Shown piece by piece: positions 57,693 to 64,000 of a stretch of 64,000 nucleotides of DNA (position 1 is its first letter; each line of letters starts with the position of its first letter). The position numbers were made by a program, and so were the translations under genes. Source of the DNA: an uncultured Planctomycetales bacterium (lineage in GTDB: Bacteria; Planctomycetota; Planctomycetia; Pirellulales; Thermoguttaceae); NCBI GenBank assembly GCA_947305735.1, contig CAMZEO010000001.1, forward strand, positions 6,193 through 70,192, in the 5' to 3' direction. The notes below the pieces were generated by a model. That model had not been told where the DNA came from. It worked only from the letters and a program-made list of their open reading frames with translations, and did not search any database.

Positions 57693-59165
57693 ATGAGAAC
57701 GTCACGCCGCGATTTCATTAAGACGTCGGCAGTAGCCGGCGCCGGTTTTTTGGTCGCCTCCGGCAATTTCCGCAAACAAGCGCGCGCGAGCGCGTTGGAG
57801 TCCGTCGCCGTCGCCGGCATTGGAGTCGGCGGCAAAGGGGGCGGCGATATCACGCACGCGGGTTATTACGGGAAAGTCGTCGCGCTGTGCGACGTCGATA
57901 CGAACACCCTTCAAGGCAAACATAACGAATTCAAAGACGCTAAAACGTTCGTCGACTACCGCGACCTTTACGCGGAAATGATGGACAAAATCGACGCGGT
58001 GACTGTCAGCACGCCCGACCATATGCACGCGATCATCGCCGCCGCCGCAATCAAAGCGGGCAAGCACGTCTACGCGCAAAAACCGCTCACGCGAACGATC
58101 TATGAAGCGCGCTGGCTCGGCGAACTCGCTAAGAAACACGGAGTCTGCACGCAAATGGGCAACCAGGGCTCCGTCGACGACGGTCTTCGCAAGACTGCGG
58201 CGCAATACCGCGCGGGCGTGGTCGGGGAGGTAACCGAAGTCCACGTCTGGACGAACCGCCCGATCTGGCCTCAAGGTAAAAATCGAACGATGACGCTTGA
58301 AAAATATTCGGCTCAAGTGCGCGAGGAAGAACCGGACGACGCGGACGATCTCATCGAAGAAAAGAAAAAACAAATCGAAGCGGGTCTCAAGCGGCTCAAC
58401 TGGGACGCGTGGCTCGGGGTCGCGAAGAAACGCGAATTCTGGCCCGGCGATTACCACGACTTCAAGTGGCGCGGTTGGTGGGATTTTGGGACCGGCGCGC
58501 TCGGCGACATGGCGTGTCATAACGTCAATATGATCTTCAAAGCGGTCGACCTTCGCAATCCGACGAGCGTCTGCGCGAAATCTTCCGGACACGACTTCGA
58601 CTCCTTCCCGGCAAGCTCGGTCACCGAATTTGAATTCCCCGCCAACGACTGGCGCGGTCCGATCAAGTTCGTATGGTACGACGCGTCCCAGACGCCTCCG
58701 ACCGAACTCACCGCAAAATACGGATTTGAAAAAGTCGACGGCGGCGGCGGATGTTTCGTCGTCGGAACCAAAGGCGCAGGTCTTGGATCCGACTTCCGCG
58801 CTGAAGGCGGCGCAAAAATCGATCCGATTCCGGAAGATCAAACGGAATTCGTCATCGCTCCGATCGACGATCAGGGGCGCGGCGACGACGCGCGACACAA
58901 ATTCGAATGGTTCAACGCCATCTGGGAAAACAAGCCGGAAATCTGCTGGTCGAATTTCCCGAACCACGCCGGTCCGCTCACCGAAACGATCCTGCTGGGC
59001 AACCTGTCCATCTGGACCGCGTCCGAAGGTCAGGGCGAAAAAGTCGAATGGGACGCGAAAAATCTCAAGGTTACCAACCTCGCCGATCTGAAGACGCCGG
59101 GCGTCGCCGAACTGGTCAAACCGGTTTATCAAAACGGTTACGATCCGATTGACGAACTGTTCTAA
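57693..59165 (+). CDS. TAT-signal Gfo/Idh/MocA family oxidoreductase
   Basis: The ATG is at 57693 (MRTSRRDFIKTSAVAGAGFLVASG, a twin-arginine signal). It has a Rossmann motif (VAVAGIGVGGKGG) and the family motifs VSTPDHMHA and GKHVYAQKP. The 41 upstream codons of the track ORF are not needed. Confidence 0.85.
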   Translation: MRTSRRDFIKTSAVAGAGFLVASGNFRKQARASALESVAVAGIGVGGKGGGDITHAGYYGKVVALCDVDTNTLQGKHNEFKDAKTFVDYRDLYAEMMDKIDAVTVSTPDHMHAIIAAAAIKAGKHVYAQKPLTRTIYEARWLGELAKKHGVCTQMGNQGSVDDGLRKTAAQYRAGVVGEVTEVHVWTNRPIWPQGKNRTMTLEKYSAQVREEEPDDADDLIEEKKKQIEAGLKRLNWDAWLGVAKKREFWPGDYHDFKWRGWWDFGTGALGDMACHNVNMIFKAVDLRNPTSVCAKSSGHDFDSFPASSVTEFEFPANDWRGPIKFVWYDASQTPPTELTAKYGFEKVDGGGGCFVVGTKGAGLGSDFRAEGGAKIDPIPEDQTEFVIAPIDDQGRGDDARHKFEWFNAIWENKPEICWSNFPNHAGPLTETILLGNLSIWTASEGQGEKVEWDAKNLKVTNLADLKTPGVAELVKPVYQNGYDPIDELF

Positions 59166-59293
59166 AATCGACGATCAGTCCGCGACGGGCGCGCCTCGTC
59201 CGGCGACGCGTCGTCGGCGTTTAAGGGAACGCGAACGACGGCTTCGCATCCTTTAACGTCGACCCGAGAGGATCAAACGCAAAACGAAAAGCC

Positions 59294-59332
59294 GACCGAC
59301 GCGAACGCGACGTTCGCGTCGGTCGCTTTTTT
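59294..59332 (+). terminator. Rho-independent terminator after the oxidoreductase gene
   Basis: A 13-bp stem (59294..59306 gaccgacgcgaac pairs with 59312..59324 gttcgcgtcggtc) is followed by gc and a run of 6 T. Confidence 0.7.
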
Positions 59333-59467
59333 ATCGGTCGAGCCGCGCGGTTTCGAAAACAGGCGACCCTCGACCAAAAAAATAATTATTGGCGTCGTCG
59401 AGCGGCGGAAATTCGATTATAATTGAAACGCGTTTCCAGAGCACGAGAACGCGTTTCAGGAGGTATT

Positions 59468-60379
59468 ATGAAAAAATTTGTCGTTCGTTACGGCGCGATG
59501 CGCGCTTTAAGCGTCGTCGAGTGCGCCGACAAAGACGCGGAGGGACTCTTTCACGGAGTCGTCGCGCTCGTTAAAACGCCGCGCGGTCTCGAAGCGGGAA
59601 CGATCCTTCGTGAAATCGACGACAAAACGCTGAAGACGATTCCCAATTTGTCGAGCGAGACGCTGACGTTCGTTCGTCGAACTACTCCGCGCGACGACGC
59701 GAGAATTCTGGAAATTAAGAAAAACGAAACGAACGATTTTAACCGGTGCTTAAAGATCGTCGAACGTATGAGGATCAATTTGACGCTCGTGCGCGTCGAA
59801 CAGCTTTTCGGACATGAACGCGTCGTCGTCTATTACGTCGCCGACGGCCGCGTCGATTTTCGCGAACTTGTCCGCGCGCTCGCGGCGGAGTTTCAAACGC
59901 GAATCGAAATGAAACAGATCGGCGTGCGCGACGAAACGAAACTTCTCGCGGACGTCGGGGATTGCGGACGCGAAGTCTGTTGCAACACGTATCTCGCGAC
60001 GATGCCGCCCGTGTCGATGAAAATGGCGAAACTACAAAAAGCGACGCTCGACCCCACCAAAGTGTCGGGGCGTTGCGGACGCCTTAAGTGCTGTCTGCGC
60101 TACGAGTTCGATATGTATAACGAGTTGCAGGAATCTTCGCCCGCGATTGGAAAGGTCGTCTGGACGCCCATGGGGCGCGGAAGAGTCTTCGCGCAAGAGC
60201 TTTTCGCCGAAAGAGTCGTCGTCGATCTTGACGACGGCGGACGTCAATCGTTCGCCGTCGCCGATCTTGAAACCGACGGACGTCGCGACGGAACGCGGGA
60301 AAACAACCGAAACGAACGTCGAAGGCGTTACGGCGACGCCTACTGCGACCGTCCGGATAAAAACGGTTATCGACGTTGA
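59468..60379 (+). CDS. PSP1 domain protein (YaaT/RicT-like)
   Basis: The ATG at 59468 follows a GGAGG Shine-Dalgarno. It closely resembles B. subtilis YaaT as remembered (YYVADGRVDFRELVRALAAEFQTRIEMKQIGVRDETK...CGREVCCNTYL...VSMKMAKLQKATLDPTKVSGRCGRLKCCLRYE). Confidence 0.85.
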   Translation: MKKFVVRYGAMRALSVVECADKDAEGLFHGVVALVKTPRGLEAGTILREIDDKTLKTIPNLSSETLTFVRRTTPRDDARILEIKKNETNDFNRCLKIVERMRINLTLVRVEQLFGHERVVVYYVADGRVDFRELVRALAAEFQTRIEMKQIGVRDETKLLADVGDCGREVCCNTYLATMPPVSMKMAKLQKATLDPTKVSGRCGRLKCCLRYEFDMYNELQESSPAIGKVVWTPMGRGRVFAQELFAERVVVDLDDGGRQSFAVADLETDGRRDGTRENNRNERRRRYGDAYCDRPDKNGYRR

Positions 60380-61263
60380 GAACGCGCGATCAGATACTCG
60401 AGCAAAGCCTTGTCAAACGGAATCGAGACGTCCAAAGGAACGTAGTCGAATTTGGCGTTCGAACCTTCGCGGCGAAACGTTTCGCGAAACTCTTCGAGCG
60501 CCTTTCTGTAATCGGAGCCTATAGAATCGGCGTCGACGACGATTCTTTCGCCAGTCTCGGGGTCTTGCAACTCGACGCTCCCTCTAAACGAGAACTTCGT
60601 CTCCGCCTCTCCCAAAATATGAAACAAGATGACGTCGTGTCCGGAATGACGCAGACGATAAATCGCGCGAAGCGTCTCCTCGGGTTCTCCAAGAAGATCG
60701 GAAAAAATAATGACGAGAGACGCGCGTTTGAGCATTCCGGCAAGTTGAGTAAGCGCGGCGGCGACGTTCGTCTCGCCCGTCGGCTTAAGATTGGCGAGCG
60801 TCGAAAGAATCGAACCGAATTGAGAACGTTTTGACTTTGGGGGAAGAGAGCGGCGTATTTTCTGATCGAAGGCGATTAAACCGACCGGGTCTTGCCTGCA
60901 AATCATCAAATAGCACAACGCGGCGGACAAGGAAATCGCGTAGTCAAATTTAGTAATCTCTCCTTCGAACTCGACGCCCATCGACGCGCTCGAGTCGACG
61001 ACGAGCCATCCGGTCATATTCGTTTCCGACTCGTATTTGCGAACGTAATATTTGTCCGAACGCGCGTAAAGACGCCAGTCGATATCCCTGGGATCGTCGC
61101 CGGGCTCGTATTTGCGATGTTCGCTGAATTCGACGGAAAAACCTTGCAAAGGGCTCGAGTGCAGACCGTGCATAAACCCTTTGACAATGAACTGCGCTTT
61201 TAAGTCGAGACGACGAATCGTCTGAACGACGCGCGGATCCAAATACGCTTCGCTGTTTTTCAT
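60367..61263 (-). CDS. DUF58 domain protein (MoxR-associated, vWA-like)
   Basis: 298-aa ORF with the DUF58 signature region GLHSSPLQGFSVEFSEHRKYEPGDDPRDIDWRLYARSDKYYVRKYESE. Its 3' end overlaps the PSP1 gene 3' end by 13 nt (convergent). Confidence 0.8.
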   Translation of the reverse strand: MKNSEAYLDPRVVQTIRRLDLKAQFIVKGFMHGLHSSPLQGFSVEFSEHRKYEPGDDPRDIDWRLYARSDKYYVRKYESETNMTGWLVVDSSASMGVEFEGEITKFDYAISLSAALCYLMICRQDPVGLIAFDQKIRRSLPPKSKRSQFGSILSTLANLKPTGETNVAAALTQLAGMLKRASLVIIFSDLLGEPEETLRAIYRLRHSGHDVILFHILGEAETKFSFRGSVELQDPETGERIVVDADSIGSDYRKALEEFRETFRREGSNAKFDYVPLDVSIPFDKALLEYLIARSQRR

Positions 61264-61282
61264 TGCCGATTTTTCCCGGCGG

Positions 61283-62497
61283 TCACGCCGCCTCGGTCAT
61301 CATGAAGACCGGAAGCAACAGGGCGATAATAATGTAGAAGACCGCGCCGGCAAGGAGCAACAGCATCATCGGCTCAAGCAGGCGCGTCAACAAATCGACT
61401 TTCTTGGCGAGTTGACGCTCGAGGGAATCCGCCAAATTGATCAGCACCTTTTCAAGCGTGTTGGACTCTTCGGCGATCGAGATCATCGTCATCGCGTTGG
61501 GGGGAATCAATTTGCTCTCCATGAGCGGTCTCGAAAGCGGCTCGCCCGCCGACACGGCGTCGACGGCGTTTTCGACGGCGTCCTGAAGCAAGGCGTTGCC
61601 CGTCGAACGCGAACTGATTTCCAGCGCGCGAAGAATCGGAACCCCGTTTTGAAGGAGCGTTCCCAAAACGCGGCACAACTTGGAAACGCAGGAAGCTTGA
61701 GCGACCGGTCCCAAAACGGGAATCCTCAACTTCCATTTGTCCAGAAACCGTCGACCGGATTTCGTCGACATTTGGATTCGCGCCCATACGAAAAGCGCGA
61801 CGAGAACGCCCAGCGCGTAGAGCCCGTATTTTCCGCAGAACGAGCGAAACGCGAGCAGCCAGACGGTGCAAAGGGGCAAATCTTTTCCGCTCGCGACGAG
61901 CGACTCGAACATCGGCTCGAATTTCGGAACAAACGCGATAAGCAACACGGAAACGACCAAAACGCCGACGACGCAGAGAATGGTCGGATAAATCATGGCG
62001 CTGGTGATTTTAGCGCGCAACTCCGCCTGATCTTCCATGAACTTCGAGGTTCGTTTAAGCGCCGATTCAAGAAAGGCGCCTTCCGAACCCGCTTTAATGA
62101 CGCTTAACGTCAAGTCGTCGAAAACTTTGCCGTGCGCGGCGAAGGCCGCGTCGACGCTTTGACCGTCCGCGACCTGATCGCCGATGTCGACGACGACCTC
62201 GCGAAGCGCGGCGTTTGGAGTCTGCTTGCCGAGCGCCTGGAACGCCGTCAACGTGGGCACGCCGTTTTCCAATAACTCCGCGAGTTGAGTTAAAAACATG
62301 GAAACGGCGGAAATCGGAGGCTTGCTTTTGAACCATTTTCCGACGTCGACGTCGTTCTTATGCGCGTCCTCAACCGAAAGCGGAAAGAGTCTCTGCGTCG
62401 CGAGGCGATCGAGCGCTTCTTTTTTCGTGTTGGCGGTCATCACGCCGGAAACGTCTTTTCCGTCGCGCGTTTTCGCTTTGTAATTAAAATCTGGCAT
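61283..62497 (-). CDS. gspF: Type II secretion / type IV pilus platform protein, GspF/PilC family
   Basis: 404-aa ORF that starts MPDFNYKAKTRDGKDVSGVMTANTKKEALDRL. It contains two T2SSF repeats and three TM segments. Confidence 0.8.
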   Translation of the reverse strand: MPDFNYKAKTRDGKDVSGVMTANTKKEALDRLATQRLFPLSVEDAHKNDVDVGKWFKSKPPISAVSMFLTQLAELLENGVPTLTAFQALGKQTPNAALREVVVDIGDQVADGQSVDAAFAAHGKVFDDLTLSVIKAGSEGAFLESALKRTSKFMEDQAELRAKITSAMIYPTILCVVGVLVVSVLLIAFVPKFEPMFESLVASGKDLPLCTVWLLAFRSFCGKYGLYALGVLVALFVWARIQMSTKSGRRFLDKWKLRIPVLGPVAQASCVSKLCRVLGTLLQNGVPILRALEISSRSTGNALLQDAVENAVDAVSAGEPLSRPLMESKLIPPNAMTMISIAEESNTLEKVLINLADSLERQLAKKVDLLTRLLEPMMLLLLAGAVFYIIIALLLPVFMMTEAA

Positions 62498-62576
62498 GGA
62501 AATCCAATATCGTTCGGCGCGCCGCGAACTCCGACGCGTCGCGCCTCCGTCGAGAACACCGCGCGTCCGTCGGCGT

Positions 62577-64000
62577 TTAGCGCTGAAGCAACTCTTCGTA
62601 AAGCTCCATGTACTTGCGCGCGCTCGCGTCCCACGAAAGGTCTTTGCTCATCGCGACGCGCGTCATCTTGTTCCAGTCTTCCCTGCGGCAACGGTAGCAG
62701 TAAAGAGCCCAGTCGATCGCCTGCCTCATGTCGCCGGCGTCTTCCCAGTAAAAGACGAAACCGTCGCCGGTTCCGTTGGCGATATTTTCGTCGGAACCGT
62801 TAACCACGGAATCGTGAAGACCGCCGACGTCGCGAACAACCGGAAGCGTTCCGTAAATCAGACTATACATCTGATTCAAGCCGCACGGCTCGTACCGGCT
62901 TGGCATGAGGAACATATCGGAACCCGCCTCGATCTGGTGCGCCAGCGAGACGGAAAATTCGTTGCGCAACGCGAAACTCTGCGGATAGCGCTGGGAAAGC
63001 AAATGGAACCGCCCGCCCAATTCTTCGTCCCCCGAACCTAAAACCGCAAATTGAACGCCCTGTCTTTCGATGAGATCGACGGCGACGTCCGCCACCAAAT
63101 CCAACCCTTTTTGGACGTCGAACCGACTCACGACTCCCAACAGAGGAACGCCGGGATCAACATTCAGGTTCAACTGCCGCTGAAGAGCCGCTTTACAAAT
63201 CGGCTTGCCGCGCTCGAACGAGTCGACGTCGTAATTGGCGGCGATCCAGGGATCGGTCGCAGGGTTCCATTCGTCGCGGTCGACCCCGTTAAGTATACCG
63301 CGAAGAGATTCGGAGCGCAACTGTAAAACGCCCTGCAATTTTTCGCCGAATTCTTCCGTCTGAATTTCCTCGGCGTAACGCGGACTGACCGTCGTAATCG
63401 CGTCGCTGAAAACAATGCCCGACTTCAGAAGATTCAGCTGACCGTAAAACTCCATTTTGTCGTAAGTAAAGAAGCTCCAGTCGAGCCCCGTCGAATCCAT
63501 CGCGCCGCGCCAAAATCGCCCCTGATGCCTGAGATTGTGAATCGTGATCACCGACTTGATCTTGTCGAATTTTTTCGCGTCGTCGGGGTAAAAATCGTAC
63601 CGCGGGCGAACAACCGAGCCAAAACCGGTCGTCGCGTCAAACCGCGAACGGGATTTATAAACGGCGTCAAGGTAAACGGGCGCGAGCCCTGTCTGCCAAT
63701 CGTTGGCGTGAACGACGTCGACGTCGAGATCCAGAAGTCTGATCAGTTCCAAAACGCAACGGCTAAAGAAACAAAACCGCTCGCAATTGTCGCCGTGGTC
63801 GACGCCGCGATAGTTGTACAAACCGTCGCGGTCGTAGTAGTCGTTGTGAACGATGAAATAGACGTCGACGCCGCCTAAATTAGCCTTGAGGACGCCGGCT
63901 TTTTTCGTCTCTTTGCCAACCGGAGCGCTAAGCGTCGCGCCGTAGACGCTTTCCAACGGCTCGCCGGTTCGTTCAAAATATTCGCGGACGCATTTGTAAA
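62577..64000 (-). CDS. glgA: Glycogen synthase (GT5), N-terminus beyond the right edge of the window
   Basis: Family motifs are present: VHANDWQTGLAPVYL, ITIHNLRHQGRF, SPRYAEEIQTEEFG, GILNGVDRDEWNP, FLMPSRYEPCGLNQMY. My translation shows the frame stays open from 63956 to 64000, so the TTG start in the track is not the true start. Confidence 0.85.
   Translation of the reverse strand, partial: YKCVREYFERTGEPLESVYGATLSAPVGKETKKAGVLKANLGGVDVYFIVHNDYYDRDGLYNYRGVDHGDNCERFCFFSRCVLELIRLLDLDVDVVHANDWQTGLAPVYLDAVYKSRSRFDATTGFGSVVRPRYDFYPDDAKKFDKIKSVITIHNLRHQGRFWRGAMDSTGLDWSFFTYDKMEFYGQLNLLKSGIVFSDAITTVSPRYAEEIQTEEFGEKLQGVLQLRSESLRGILNGVDRDEWNPATDPWIAANYDVDSFERGKPICKAALQRQLNLNVDPGVPLLGVVSRFDVQKGLDLVADVAVDLIERQGVQFAVLGSGDEELGGRFHLLSQRYPQSFALRNEFSVSLAHQIEAGSDMFLMPSRYEPCGLNQMYSLIYGTLPVVRDVGGLHDSVVNGSDENIANGTGDGFVFYWEDAGDMRQAIDWALYCYRCRREDWNKMTRVAMSKDLSWDASARKYMELYEELLQR

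Noticed and set aside
57702-59132. Minus-strand 476-aa ORF.
   Set aside because: It is antisense to the well-supported TAT-signal Gfo/Idh/MocA oxidoreductase gene, and its translation is low-complexity.
1-64000. Search for mobile elements, tRNA/rRNA genes and prophage signatures that could delimit an island.
   Set aside because: No transposase-, integrase-, recombinase- or phage-like translation was seen in any listed ORF. I also spotted no cloverleaf-like tRNA sequence in the intergenic regions. Absence is judged by eye only.

Overview
The 64-kb window holds about 33 protein-coding genes. I recognised no rRNA, tRNA, CRISPR array, transposase or integrase. The coding sequence is very CpG-rich. 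Gene content suggests an anaerobic member of the PVC superphylum, probably Planctomycetota: TAT-signal Gfo/Idh/MocA and xylose-isomerase-like proteins, DUF58, PSP1, HdrABC-like genes, and a giant protein with an N-terminal [11 protein letters not shown] motif plus chlamydial-Pmp-type GGAIY beta-helix repeats. This taxonomic call is from memory, not from a search.

One third of the window (20659..42495, minus strand) is a single gene of about 7,278 codons. Its parts, in order, are an IdeS-like domain, two tandem reprolysin-type metzincin plus PPC blocks, six Pmp-type beta-helix units, four of them followed by a CARDB domain and five opened by a CSLREA-like VVTT..SLREA motif (the five reiterated modules), and a cadherin/FN3/PKD tail.

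Housekeeping genes recognised:
- hdrA, hdrB, hdrC
- rbsK
- UDP-glucuronate decarboxylase
- lpxA
- rhaT
- glgA
- gspF/pilC
- PSP1 and DUF58 genes
- an AddB-like PD-(D/E)XK nuclease

Candidates for uncharacterised biology:
1. A translationally coupled Sel1-repeat / J-domain / HIRAN cassette (8568..10599) in an AT-richer accessory stretch, next to a DEDD exonuclease gene pair.
2. A three-gene operon (12752..17909) encoding an outer-membrane barrel, a MotA/ExbB-like protein with a coiled-coil tail, and a 743-aa membrane-anchored partner.
3. An array of four tandem genes for small secreted proline-rich repeat proteins (54148..57377).
4. The giant protein itself.

All domain calls are by-eye motif recognition. 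No HMM, BLAST or structure search was possible.
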